Of a stretch of DNA of 64,000 nt, positions 28,701-37,897 are shown one piece after another. Within the stretch, counting starts at the first letter, position 1. Each line of letters begins with the position of its first letter. Location of the stretch: IMG/VR virus record IMGVR_UViG_3300043411_001777, positions 124,001-188,000 of that record; one strand, written 5' to 3'. A program made the translations under genes and the position numbers. The notes beneath the pieces were generated by a model, which saw nothing but the letters and a program-made list of their open reading frames with translations, did no database searches and was not told the origin of the DNA.

Positions 28701-30868
28701 TAGGCCCGTGAGCCAGATGTGTCTAGGTTGTAGAAGGGGGGCTTGAAAACCAAATCCCCGTCCACATCCTGGTAGAACTCAAATCCCGTAACTGTCGTAA
28801 CACTTTGGGCTACGTCGAGTTTGCTTTCGTAGGTGCTCTCAAAGAGAGAAATCGTACTTGTGGTCAAGTCCGCCGAAAAGGCGTGCATCTCCGAAAGGTT
28901 GATTTCGGGCACTTTGCTGTCACCGATACCCAAAGATTGGGTTAAGGCGCCACGGCGCAGCTTATCCGTAAGAGCCACGGCCTGAGAAGCTTCCAACAGG
29001 CCCTTCACATTGGGGTCCTTCGAGGCATTCACACCCGGGAACCGATTTTTCAAGAGCGTCGAAAGCTGAGATGCCGAAAGACGTGCTAAAAAGGCACTTT
29101 GCGCCGCAGAAAACAAGTCACCGTTCAACCCGTGGAGACGGAGTTTGGTTTCCCTAGCCTTAAAACGCTGTTCCCAATACTTGACGGTATACGAGAAAAA
29201 AGACTCGTTTGTTCTTGTGGACTTAGCATCCTGATCACCAGCTTGCTGAAGAGCCCAAGCAACACCGCCAGCGGAACCCGCCATATCATGGTGAAGGGTA
29301 TACATAATCTGATAGGGGTGCTGCTTCGAGAACACGTGGGACATAACAGACATTCGCAGCTTGCCATTGTCTGGCTTCGCCCCCATCACAGAGGCGTTCG
29401 TGCTCATCTTGTGGTATTCCCAAAAATGAAGCATGCTCCCACAGGAAACTTGAATTGTGCCCGATCCGGGAGCCCAAGAATGGTTGACGCTAGTGACCAC
29501 CCCTCGAAAGGTGTGGTAATAGGGGTAGCCGATAAGCTCATCCAAACCTGAACCCGTCAGCCCTGTTTTATCCAGGAGGGAGGCACCGATTTCGACAGGA
29601 CGGTCGAAATTCAACTGGTCCAGCTCTTTTTTAGTCAATGGGTTCAGGGGAAGGTCACCCGCTGAAACTACCTCATTCACAGTAGCCTCAGGCACCACCT
29701 TGTTAATTTGGAGGTTGGCTACAGGGGGAGAAGGGTTACCCTTTGGACCTAGGAACACCTCATTTTTACTTGAGGAAGCTAATGCTATTGCCGTATTGTA
29801 GGCCTCTTCTTTCGACTTACCACGAGACCGTAAAGCCATATACAGGGTCGGGAAACCACCATCGGAGTGTGGATCCTCCCCGATTTTTTTGATGTGGCTC
29901 GCAGCATTGTAGTGGGAGACCACGCCCGAACTTTCAGGGTTTGCGCCTGAATTTGCGATATAAAAAGAGTCCCCCTTGACACCCGCAAACTCTAATCCAC
30001 CTGAGCCATCTGTATTTGACCCCATCCCATATGTAGCAGACACATAGGTTGTGAGCGCATACATGACCTCCAACTGATCCACTGGAGGCACTACATACTG
30101 TCCGCCGTGGGCCCAAGGCGCAGGGATTACCTTAGCACCCTCTGCTGCTGCGCCTGGAGAATACGGGCTGATGAACTCGATTCCGACAGACCCGTCATTT
30201 AACCCAGGAGTGTGAAACACCGTTTCAGTGGATGGGTCCGCAAACTGGTAAACAGTCCCATCCATCCCGACGGCATAATGCACACCAAGATTCTGCTTAA
30301 GCAGTGCCCGTACGGCTCCGTCTACAGACGAACCCGTAGACTCGTGGACTATCATTTGATAAGGAGCCTCGGTCCGAGGAATGGACTTGAACCCTTTCAA
30401 CACCTGAGGACCCGGCGAGGCACCCGAAAACTGCCGCTTCCTTTCATCGAAAGGATTATCCAAGGTCGCGAAATCCTCAGAAGCACCCTCAGGGACTTCG
30501 GCCTCCCCAATTGAAGACTCCGGTTCTGCCAAGTTGGCATACATTCCACGAGTAGGGAAGTACCCACGCATGTAAATCGTCACTTCCAACCCGGGACGCA
30601 TGATGTACTTGGCATCCCGAGCGAAGGAAGCCTCGTCATGGGCCGGAACCGAAAGCGAGAAATTAGCTGAGGCTGCACCGGGCTCCACACCCGCTTCCAC
30701 GCCCACGTCCGTAACGAACTTCTGGAGATCAACCTGCCCGTTGCAAGTCGCACACCCAGGCAGCATGATGTCCCCGTTTACGAGGACCAACGCATCGGGG
30801 GTCATCTGTACGAACTTTCGCCCCCCTAGACGCCACGTCCCCGCATAGGGTCTGTTCTCAATTCCCAT
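25754..30868 (-). CDS. Baseplate hub (gp27/gp44-like) with inserted N-acetylmuramoyl-L-alanine amidase domain
   Basis: 1704 aa. Hub-like motifs: PGLEVTIYMRGY, FRGVVTSVNHS, FEFYQDVDGDLVFKPPFYN, ATLTIPLRPELRPGYPV. Amidase_2-like segment: MIVHEST...GVHYAVGMDGTVYQ...FHT...NDGSVGIEF...DQLE...VVSHY. Confidence 0.8.
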   Translation of the reverse strand: MGIENRPYAGTWRLGGRKFVQMTPDALVLVNGDIMLPGCATCNGQVDLQKFVTDVGVEAGVEPGAASANFSLSVPAHDEASFARDAKYIMRPGLEVTIYMRGYFPTRGMYANLAEPESSIGEAEVPEGASEDFATLDNPFDERKRQFSGASPGPQVLKGFKSIPRTEAPYQMIVHESTGSSVDGAVRALLKQNLGVHYAVGMDGTVYQFADPSTETVFHTPGLNDGSVGIEFISPYSPGAAAEGAKVIPAPWAHGGQYVVPPVDQLEVMYALTTYVSATYGMGSNTDGSGGLEFAGVKGDSFYIANSGANPESSGVVSHYNAASHIKKIGEDPHSDGGFPTLYMALRSRGKSKEEAYNTAIALASSSKNEVFLGPKGNPSPPVANLQINKVVPEATVNEVVSAGDLPLNPLTKKELDQLNFDRPVEIGASLLDKTGLTGSGLDELIGYPYYHTFRGVVTSVNHSWAPGSGTIQVSCGSMLHFWEYHKMSTNASVMGAKPDNGKLRMSVMSHVFSKQHPYQIMYTLHHDMAGSAGGVAWALQQAGDQDAKSTRTNESFFSYTVKYWEQRFKARETKLRLHGLNGDLFSAAQSAFLARLSASQLSTLLKNRFPGVNASKDPNVKGLLEASQAVALTDKLRRGALTQSLGIGDSKVPEINLSEMHAFSADLTTSTISLFESTYESKLDVAQSVTTVTGFEFYQDVDGDLVFKPPFYNLDTSGSRAYRIEPIDIINFNPSEDEPQATYIKGTNGLFANIQIGAGEGEYGNIGTYIDYRLVAQYGWRPADFSTSFLNDAKALYYSGANRLDVMNAPTKRATLTIPLRPELRPGYPVYIVNRDCFYYINSFSHSFAPGAQATTTLSLIAKRSKFAAPGFIGKGVGGISAIRLDRPDLPERLLEVLDNDGRPRKVGFPNVVMALDPKKINPLHYVSGLDLSITDAAGLDRMLDMAVHLGILRKDGSDQDVYVMDMPGTLRGDGTASPKAVRFYFGKSEQIPEGTINARENLYRVAKPSDQELEKATNALGVVNEKREAAKKAGTSLLALEEERTKLQDRATTLQALKDGDLKAFEATLNEAERAGVALIAELIRQVGSRYKAQNSDFANLDSTISILEMLSEKKSHLSNASQPGEYRYYSASHPDPESQGQAEITYDSTSGGTQIIETPLDLDPAFAGIEVKGFRKEVSLPYPGAYRAEAELGKVRPTRGIRVLTADPSRPRGVSVPTSEIREIRFSSQLIKGKKNVTSSQKVYSLSREAGVETQDYFETVLSDYVQRSAPDFFVGVNELRSLSYYYEKAIEPIVVDVAEAQVTQAILIRPPAVPLKVRLGKDEIDLQKLFDSFDLADVPKRGSTAIQTVPPIEQSLPSLAPVPMTPRIQLQTPKASTWTTAEFASRLAKPIAKALVESFNANLRSWLEAITKANWTPEQVEEAWSLFTQQLEMAWGIKIAAAYTKKTVTQANFEAGTHSAIFPVSDANGFEVIGSFRYGRDVSISPDGVWANLHAQDPLSLLDRQLVEEVTDFLTRGVSVSVPQPALDEKGRQKMHNGVPVFENRKLVGVEAGAALEQKVIDALRKRNLSDTQILDLFGAKPGSDGDHFQIGLANMFSNGLGSLDKIPIVNAAKTLTDIRVTHDGQVCSCKASEAAITLDLFGSEEFLELDSTDKYAQVMRQQAELKSVAWRQAEDSFSGKSLERRESVLKSTLDPFDKD

Positions 30869-30871
30869 GGA

Positions 30872-32131
30872 TCAAAACCTTCTGAATGGAGACGGGTTCC
30901 TATCCAATACAGGAACAGTCGGGGCAACCTCTGGGGCACGGAAACCTGCTAATCCTACCGGACGCGTTACTGCAATCTGCCGGCTATCCCGCACCAGCCC
31001 AGCCTCAGCCTGCCGAGATTGAAGGAACGGCTGCAACTCACTCAGATTCGAGGCCCCGTCAGACACCGGATTGACCCGCGCAGCAAGACGAGTATCCTCC
31101 ACATAACGGTTGGGAGACCGAAGTGGGGAGGCCACATTCTGAGTATGCGTGTCAATGACATTTGACGCTGTGAACTCGATTTGGAATTCCATTCCGCCAT
31201 TCTGCTGAGACTCTTCATATGAATACGTCAAGCTGTCCATCGAACCATAGTAGATCCAACCATCATAGTGGATGGAAATCCCACCCACGAAATGGTGTGC
31301 GTTAGAAGCCCCCAACGTATCGTACACATAACCGTTGTTCAAGTAGAACGTAAAGAGGTTCATCAGATTCTGCCAAGCGGCTGAATCCCGCTTAGAAGCA
31401 AACTGAACACCACGGCCGCCCGACATAAAGGCACCACACTTCGCGGTAAAAGACAGCTTAGGCTGATTCTCTCCCCACACGTGGAAAACGTACCCGTGTC
31501 GAGTCTTATCGTTGAAGTTTTGGACCTTTTCGTAATTGATGGCCAACGTTGTTGGGTTGATCAATAGCACCAAGGGAGGTGCATTGCGAATAGCGTCCAA
31601 CTGCATTGCAATGTCGAGTGCCTGGTACAGGTCGTTATACGTGGGCTTGCCAATACGATTGGAATACCGACCGTCGAAGGTTGCAGACCCGCCCGTGACC
31701 CCCGCTTGAGACTGGACACGGTCCCCGGCATTACGCACAACATACTGTTCAGCACTGGCTGCATAGAAAGCGTTTGAGAGGGACGGGATACCTTCCGAAG
31801 TTGCCTGTTGAAGGAATCTCCCCGAGCGGGCCCCATCAAAAATGTCTCCACGTAGCACTTTCCGCTGACCTGGGGTTGCCTCATTGGTGAAGATGATAGG
31901 AAGCTCCAGCTTCAAAACGAAGGGGCTTAGGGCTCGTAAGTACGGGTCAGACCCGTCGATAGGGGCTGCTTGTGCGTCTTCATACTCGGCCGCCAACCTA
32001 CCGGCTGTGCGGATGCCTCCATATGCTTTTGGAGCTATGGGGCTGGTGTTGAATCCCTCGGGCCGTTGCTCTTGTGGAGACACCGAGCCCCGGGACGAAA
32101 ACCTTGTAGGGTTGCCGACTACAATGCTCAT
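30872..32131 (-). CDS. Tail tube initiator-like baseplate protein (paralog 2)
   Basis: 419 aa. The C-terminal half (LVLLINPTTLAINYEK...VWGENQPKLSF...YDGWIYYGSMDSLTYS) aligns by eye with the neighbouring 215-aa protein. It lies after the tape measure gene. Confidence 0.65.
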   Translation of the reverse strand: MSIVVGNPTRFSSRGSVSPQEQRPEGFNTSPIAPKAYGGIRTAGRLAAEYEDAQAAPIDGSDPYLRALSPFVLKLELPIIFTNEATPGQRKVLRGDIFDGARSGRFLQQATSEGIPSLSNAFYAASAEQYVVRNAGDRVQSQAGVTGGSATFDGRYSNRIGKPTYNDLYQALDIAMQLDAIRNAPPLVLLINPTTLAINYEKVQNFNDKTRHGYVFHVWGENQPKLSFTAKCGAFMSGGRGVQFASKRDSAAWQNLMNLFTFYLNNGYVYDTLGASNAHHFVGGISIHYDGWIYYGSMDSLTYSYEESQQNGGMEFQIEFTASNVIDTHTQNVASPLRSPNRYVEDTRLAARVNPVSDGASNLSELQPFLQSRQAEAGLVRDSRQIAVTRPVGLAGFRAPEVAPTVPVLDRNPSPFRRF

Positions 32132-32775
32132 ATGGTGCCCCTCGGAGTTGAAATGAATGCGGGGGAACTTCCGTCTCGGACGGACTTCTCTTGCCGCTGA
32201 TAGGGCTGAGACCGAATACGAGTAATCTCACGCTCAACGTTGAAAGACGCGCTCAATTGGAATTGAAACGGCTTAGTCGCATCTTCGGTCACCACAAAGG
32301 TCTGGAATCTGCCAATATAGATCCCACCATCGAAGGTGACCTTTAGTGAGCCACGAATTGCCAATTCCCCCCGATCATCGTAAATGTCTCCGTTGGAATG
32401 GAAAAGGGACAACAGGCTCAGGAATTTGTCATAGGCCAAAGTCTCTCTTCGAGTGCCCCCGATATTCAGCCCGCCACCCGTAGTGTTTGACAACCCTGAG
32501 TAGACGCGTTTGAAGCCCCCTGTTGCAGCGGAGAAGTTCATCTGCGTTGGGGCGTCACCCCAATGCTGCTCGACAAACCCGCCTTCTGTTTGGATGCGCT
32601 CGATAACCTTGGAGTATGAGAACTGCATAGAGGACGGGTTGACGTGCAGAACCAAGCGCAACCCCTCGGGCAGAACCGAGGTGTAGCCGTCAGGGGCCAG
32701 CACGTCAAACACGACGGGCCTCTTACCTCCAAACTCATCGTCGACTGCTCGGAATGCTGACTTAAAGGTTGGCAT
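32128..32775 (-). CDS. Tail tube initiator-like baseplate protein (paralog 1)
   Basis: 215 aa. LVLHVNPSSMQFSYSK...HWGDAPTQMNF...FDGGIYIGRFQTFVVTEDATKPFQFQLSASF is a tube-like fold pattern. It lies immediately downstream of the tape measure gene. Confidence 0.7.
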   Translation of the reverse strand: MPTFKSAFRAVDDEFGGKRPVVFDVLAPDGYTSVLPEGLRLVLHVNPSSMQFSYSKVIERIQTEGGFVEQHWGDAPTQMNFSAATGGFKRVYSGLSNTTGGGLNIGGTRRETLAYDKFLSLLSLFHSNGDIYDDRGELAIRGSLKVTFDGGIYIGRFQTFVVTEDATKPFQFQLSASFNVEREITRIRSQPYQRQEKSVRDGSSPAFISTPRGTI

Positions 32776-35645
32776 TAGCGTTTCCCATTTAGAAGCTCAC
32801 CGATGAGCTTGTGGAGACCGGTTTCGCTTGGGATCGCGATGACACTATTGTTGTTAATGGTCACTCCTGCGGACTTCGCCAGGAGGCCCGTCAGGGTCCT
32901 CAACTCAAGTGCCCTCTCTTCCAGCTCTGGAGTAGGCGCCCGCATCGTTCCAGCCACCATTTGCTCTGCCTGGGTTCTGATTTCGGTCGGATGAATGTCT
33001 TTGAGCTTGCCAGAAGTTCTCAAATACTCTCGGTTGAGCTTTTCCATTTCCCCAACAGGGTCAAAGGTACCCCCGGGCTTCATTGCTGTAAGCCTAGCCG
33101 CCAAAGCCCCACTTAACGAATAACCCGCCGCCGCAATTAGTTCTTTAGAGCCTGGCCCCCACCCAACAGCTTCTTCGCCCGTAAAGTATTCGTCTGTCGC
33201 CCCACCGCCAGAAACAGTTGTTCTTGTTGGAGACAAACCCATCATATCATATAAAGACCAAATGCCAGGGTGTGCCTTCAAAGCTTCTTGGGGGGTTGCT
33301 CCCATTGCAACCATTTTATGAGCCGCCTGACCGCTACGAAGCCGGTCTTCCAAACCGCGCCGAGCCGTCAGCCTGCGGGCCACAGCGGCACGCTGTGCAA
33401 TTAGCTCATCCCGCTCCCCTCCTAAAGGCGCATTTGCTATCAGACCATTAAGCCGCTCCATTTCCTTGGCTTCTGTGTCAATATCTTTGCGGGCGTTGCT
33501 TAGGGCCCCCACGAAATCAAATTTCCCCATTTGGGTAAAGAAATCGTCCTCTTTAAGACTGTCTTTAGTAAACCACTGGAAAAGGCCCTCAATTCCCGCC
33601 GCGATATCCGCAAAAACGCCACTTACTGCCCGACTCAAAGTATCAGACATTGTCGTTGTGGCACTAGCAATTTCACGCGCAAGCCTAGTGTTTTCATCCT
33701 CTAGCTTTGACAAATCCTGAAGGGCTGCCGCATGAGAATAGTAGTCTTCTACAGATCCAATAGGATCTCCATACTCAATGCTGTCCCCCGACATCCGGGC
33801 ACCAACAACCTTACTATCCTTAATTCCAAGCCCCCATTTCCGAGCATGCCAAGCCGCTACTTCCGGGCTTAGTTCTTGACCAATCAACTTCTGCATGGCG
33901 GTAAAAGCGTCCGCAGCGCCTTTTGTAAATTCAGCCAAGGCCCGTATATCGGCTTCCGATTTTCCGGACATACCTTTCAGCCGCATCACACCCTCAACCC
34001 CTTCTTGGTTCATGACATCATGAAGTTGTCGATTACTGCCATGAGTGGCGGCTTTGATTTGCAGCGCGAGGAAGTCTGCCGGACTCAACAGACTGATATT
34101 CGCAAGCCGCTGGCTTTCGTTATCCGTGTCGATGAATTGGGTTAGCCGGTCCAAGGCACGGCCAGTGCCATCCCCCGTAGCCTTGACATAAGCACTAAAT
34201 GCTGCAAGCTGATCCGGACTCATTGCCTTTAGTCGATCAACAAGATTTGCCGAAGTCATCCCCCCCTCAACTCCAGCATGGCGAGCCGCAGAGTCCAAAA
34301 AGGCAGGGTTATCACCTATGGCTTGGAAAAGCTCACGGACACTAGCATCCGTGGCACCCTTATACAACTTTTGCAGGAACTTGTCCCCGACAATAGTACC
34401 CACCTTAACCGAATCTTCCGTTGAAAGCCCCGTACCCCACGAAACCAAGCCCTGCAATAGCTTACCGGCCTCTTTCGAGGACATAAACTTGCCCAATTTA
34501 GCTAGCAATCCAGCAGTCTCTTCCAACCGGATGTTGTACATGCTCATCCCAGCCGTGGCCTGCAACACCGTCGAAAAGAACCGCTTAGTGCCAAACCCAC
34601 TGTCCACCGCATGAGCATATACAGCCGCCATCTTCTCGGATACTGAATCCAAGGAGACTGACAAATCATCCATGGCATCGGCCATATGCGTGGCGGCTTC
34701 TTCCGCAGACTCAAAACCCAACGTCCCATACACAACGGCACGCTCCGACACCTCTCGAAAACGCTCCATCCGCTCTGTAGCCGTCTCCAGCCCAGCAGTC
34801 ATTTCCTTTAGGTCGTAGCCCGTCTTTTCGAATGACCCCAGGATGCCAAAATGCGTCTCAGCATCCATATTCCACTTATTCAGGAAGCCTAACGCCCCAT
34901 CCCCGCCAATACCTGATTGGCGGACTTCACGGAAAGCCGCCCCAGCACCACCACCAGAGGCATACGAACCGATGCTGATACCTGCCTGCATGATTGACTT
35001 GTTCAATGTGGCAAGCGAATCCGTAATGTCCATCACCACGTTGTAGAGGCCATAAGCGGCGGCCCCGATTACGCCAGCCTTCATCAGCCCGGCACCACCC
35101 AAGCCCATAACCGTATTGGCTTTGCCCCCCTTGCCCTCTTGCGTGTTATGGGCTGCCCTAGCCGCCAAGGCATTACCCATGCGGCTTAGCAGACTAAAAT
35201 CGGCCCCGCGGACTGCTTGTGCTAATGTCCCCGGCGCCCCGAGTGCACCCGACAGACGGTCTGTCTTAGAGCGGCGCGCAGCAGAGGCCCCTTCTCGGGC
35301 CAAATCCTCTCGTGCCTGCGCGAGCCTCTCAATCCCTTGGATCTCCTGCTTTTGGAGCTTCAGAAGACGAACCCTATCCCGCTCAGCCCCCTTATCTGTG
35401 CGCCCTTTCAACGCCATCTCTTCTTTAGAGAACTGGCGTTGTTTAGCCATCATTTTCTCAACTTCGCGTTTGGAAAACTGCACCGAGTCATGAATCGCCA
35501 CTGCACCACGAACAAGGTTCTTTTTGAACGAATCAGAGGCCGCAGCCATTTCCTGTGCGATTTTGGGGTCAAAATCATACTCCTGAGTGATCTTAATGAC
35601 CGAATCCCACTGCTCGCTTGTGACACCTCCTTTTTTCTTGGCCAT
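32775..35645 (-). CDS. Tape measure protein
   Basis: 956 aa, Ala/Gly-rich and helical, with a hydrophobic GAGLMKAGVIGAAAYGLYNVV stretch. It occupies the canonical position after tube and chaperones. Confidence 0.75.
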   Translation of the reverse strand: MAKKKGGVTSEQWDSVIKITQEYDFDPKIAQEMAAASDSFKKNLVRGAVAIHDSVQFSKREVEKMMAKQRQFSKEEMALKGRTDKGAERDRVRLLKLQKQEIQGIERLAQAREDLAREGASAARRSKTDRLSGALGAPGTLAQAVRGADFSLLSRMGNALAARAAHNTQEGKGGKANTVMGLGGAGLMKAGVIGAAAYGLYNVVMDITDSLATLNKSIMQAGISIGSYASGGGAGAAFREVRQSGIGGDGALGFLNKWNMDAETHFGILGSFEKTGYDLKEMTAGLETATERMERFREVSERAVVYGTLGFESAEEAATHMADAMDDLSVSLDSVSEKMAAVYAHAVDSGFGTKRFFSTVLQATAGMSMYNIRLEETAGLLAKLGKFMSSKEAGKLLQGLVSWGTGLSTEDSVKVGTIVGDKFLQKLYKGATDASVRELFQAIGDNPAFLDSAARHAGVEGGMTSANLVDRLKAMSPDQLAAFSAYVKATGDGTGRALDRLTQFIDTDNESQRLANISLLSPADFLALQIKAATHGSNRQLHDVMNQEGVEGVMRLKGMSGKSEADIRALAEFTKGAADAFTAMQKLIGQELSPEVAAWHARKWGLGIKDSKVVGARMSGDSIEYGDPIGSVEDYYSHAAALQDLSKLEDENTRLAREIASATTTMSDTLSRAVSGVFADIAAGIEGLFQWFTKDSLKEDDFFTQMGKFDFVGALSNARKDIDTEAKEMERLNGLIANAPLGGERDELIAQRAAVARRLTARRGLEDRLRSGQAAHKMVAMGATPQEALKAHPGIWSLYDMMGLSPTRTTVSGGGATDEYFTGEEAVGWGPGSKELIAAAGYSLSGALAARLTAMKPGGTFDPVGEMEKLNREYLRTSGKLKDIHPTEIRTQAEQMVAGTMRAPTPELEERALELRTLTGLLAKSAGVTINNNSVIAIPSETGLHKLIGELLNGKR

Positions 35646-35646
35646 T

Positions 35647-36807
35647 TTAGTCCTCGCGATCAGTTAAGTGGATACGACGCTGGGATATCTGCTCCTGCAA
35701 AGATCCTTTGCCTCGGCTGACACCGTATTGCTCTTGCACTTCAGTAAGCAACTGCTCAGGGGGCCGATCGAAATTCGCGGCCTTTCGTGCAACCTTCTCA
35801 TTATAGGGGTTGTCATAGAAGACTTTTCGGTTTCCAAGAGAGGAAACCAATTCTTCGATCTGAGATGGCAAGTATGCCACCAGACCCCCAGTCTCCTGCC
35901 CACGAACCTCCGCCTCCAAATCCTGTTCGTCGTAATACGACGAACGGGCCTCTTCAATCTCTCTGAGCCGATCCTCATGTTGCTGGCGCATCCCATCCTT
36001 ATAGGCCAGAACCATACGATCGTGATCGTCTAACTCGCCGCGAATCCAACGATGAACTTCCTCCCGCAAATCTTCCTCAGACTTGTTGCTGTGAGTTGCC
36101 GCCAGCTTGACTGTTTTACTGGGAGGTGCTCCCTTGGACGTCCAGTAAAACTCATCCAGCAAAGCCAGCCTTGCTTTCTGCTCTGTTTCCCGCCGCGTAT
36201 TATCCCGTTCAATATGACCCTTAACCCACTTTGGGGCGTTCGTCATTGCTACAAACCGAAAGCGCAGCCATTCAAGCTCTTCCTTCTCCGATTTGTCCTC
36301 CAACTGATTGACCGTGATCCACAATTTCTGCACGTCATTCATGCCTAACACCGATGGGTCGGCCACTCCTGCATTGAACTTAGTGGTCCCCATTGCGGAC
36401 CAAAGCTCCCGAGAGATCCTCTCAAGGGTGTAGGGGATAACTGCGTTCAGAGCTTTCCGACTTCGCTTAAAAAAGCCATTGATTTGTGTGGTCAAGATAC
36501 TCAGCGCTTGTCGGGGTAACTGTCGCAACAAGGGCATTAGATCCGGGACATTATCCCGACCTGATTGGAAGAGGTTGACCCCATCAATCATCCAAATGGA
36601 TTGAGCCAACCACCACAACTGGAAATCCTCAGGAGAAGCATAGGCTGCCCGTTGCCGCAACAAAAACCTGTCCGCGCCACACAAGCTTCGCAACACAAGC
36701 TGCGTTTTACCGAGCTGGACCGGAGCTGATATGAACCCGGGAGAGATGAGATCCTCCACATCGTTATACAGCTCGTGTCTCTGCTCAAAGGTGGTTTGGG
36801 GCTTCAT
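35647..36807 (-). CDS. Putative tail assembly chaperone 2
   Basis: 386 aa between chaperone 1 and the tape measure gene, with an ATGA overlap. Assignment is by position. Confidence 0.5.
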   Translation of the reverse strand: MKPQTTFEQRHELYNDVEDLISPGFISAPVQLGKTQLVLRSLCGADRFLLRQRAAYASPEDFQLWWLAQSIWMIDGVNLFQSGRDNVPDLMPLLRQLPRQALSILTTQINGFFKRSRKALNAVIPYTLERISRELWSAMGTTKFNAGVADPSVLGMNDVQKLWITVNQLEDKSEKEELEWLRFRFVAMTNAPKWVKGHIERDNTRRETEQKARLALLDEFYWTSKGAPPSKTVKLAATHSNKSEEDLREEVHRWIRGELDDHDRMVLAYKDGMRQQHEDRLREIEEARSSYYDEQDLEAEVRGQETGGLVAYLPSQIEELVSSLGNRKVFYDNPYNEKVARKAANFDRPPEQLLTEVQEQYGVSRGKGSLQEQISQRRIHLTDRED

Positions 36808-37808
36808 CTACGGGGACGGAATCTGGGGTTGACGTTCACGTCACTATCATTGAGAACAAGGTCTGAGCCATTATCCAACCCAACCGGGATGTTGGGGTCT
36901 TCCGTATGTCGGACACTCACAGGGGCATTGTTTGCCCGCAACTGACGCTGGCGAAACAGCGCCAAATTGGCCTCTTGAAGTTGATCCGGATCCGAGGCGT
37001 CAATGAACGAATCCATTTCCTGACGAGCCTTGGGCGGAGGCGGAACGTTTGACGGAATGCTAGGGGCAAAAGCCGTGGGGGGCGGGGCTACTTCCTTAGG
37101 AACTAAAGGTTCTCGCTTCCCTACGGCTCGGGCATTACCGCTTAGGGGTGTCGTTGCCTTGGGGGCCGGGGGAGGCTCCACGGGCTCCGCGGGAGCTGTC
37201 TTAAACACTACGGTGGGTTCTGCCTCAGCAAGGCTCATCCCGCCTTGCTGCCGAAGTTGGTCGGTGTAAGACAATGAGAGCTTACGCTTTTCCTCCAAAC
37301 GCTCAATCTGGGCCCTAAGACGATCAATTTCCAGATCGATATCAGCGGGTTCAAATTTGATTGCAGCCTCTACGCGCTTTTCCATCCGCTCAACAAGAGC
37401 AACGTACTTCGTATAGACTCTTGCCTGCAAAGGGGGACCCCATCTCTCAATCAGAGGACGGATTGCTTGCGAACGGGGCTGTTTAATAGGCCGTCCATTC
37501 TCGTCTTCTCCAACCTCCACAAATTCGACCCCGCTAAGATCAAGGGAGCCGATCTTGACAATCGAGGCTGCTAACGCGTGAATTCGGAACAGTCGCGCCA
37601 TTTTACCAAAAGCATCAGACACCTGATATCGGTCATCAGCGTCCTTTATGTCCTCCAGAGCTGTTGAGGCCATCTCTGTAGCCTCGTCATGTTCCGTAGA
37701 GGACATAATGCGAAGAGTGACAGGAATGTCCTCAACATAGAAAGTTTCTTCGTCCTTACCAAGCTTTTCTAGCTTGGCAAAGGCCGCTTCAAGCACGTTT
37801 AGATTCAT
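36804..37808 (-). CDS. Putative tail assembly chaperone 1
   Basis: Probable start is the ATG at 37808 (MNLNVLE; AAGGGA upstream) rather than the track GTG at 37862, which lies inside a terminator hairpin. 334 aa with a Pro-rich tail. It follows the tube gene. Confidence 0.55.
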   Translation of the reverse strand: MNLNVLEAAFAKLEKLGKDEETFYVEDIPVTLRIMSSTEHDEATEMASTALEDIKDADDRYQVSDAFGKMARLFRIHALAASIVKIGSLDLSGVEFVEVGEDENGRPIKQPRSQAIRPLIERWGPPLQARVYTKYVALVERMEKRVEAAIKFEPADIDLEIDRLRAQIERLEEKRKLSLSYTDQLRQQGGMSLAEAEPTVVFKTAPAEPVEPPPAPKATTPLSGNARAVGKREPLVPKEVAPPPTAFAPSIPSNVPPPPKARQEMDSFIDASDPDQLQEANLALFRQRQLRANNAPVSVRHTEDPNIPVGLDNGSDLVLNDSDVNVNPRFRPRR

Positions 37809-37832
37809 TGGGTTTCCCTTAAGTAGAGGCGC

Positions 37833-37870
37833 AAAACAAGACGAGGCAGGGGGATTAGCCACTGCCTCGT
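37833..37870 (-). terminator. Probable intrinsic terminator after the tail tube gene
   Basis: Minus strand reads ACGAGGCAG-12 nt loop-CTGCCTCGT (perfect 9-bp stem), then CTTGTTTT. It starts 27 nt after the tube stop codon. Confidence 0.6.
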
Positions 37871-37897
37871 ACTTTACCGCCTACCTAGGGTCACCTA

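Noticed and set aside
36790-36840. Programmed -1 frameshift joining the two tail chaperone ORFs (lambda G/GT type)
   Set aside because: There is no X XXY YYZ slippery heptamer, and the -1 frame has a TAG immediately before the second ORF's ATG. The junction is a simple ATGA overlap.
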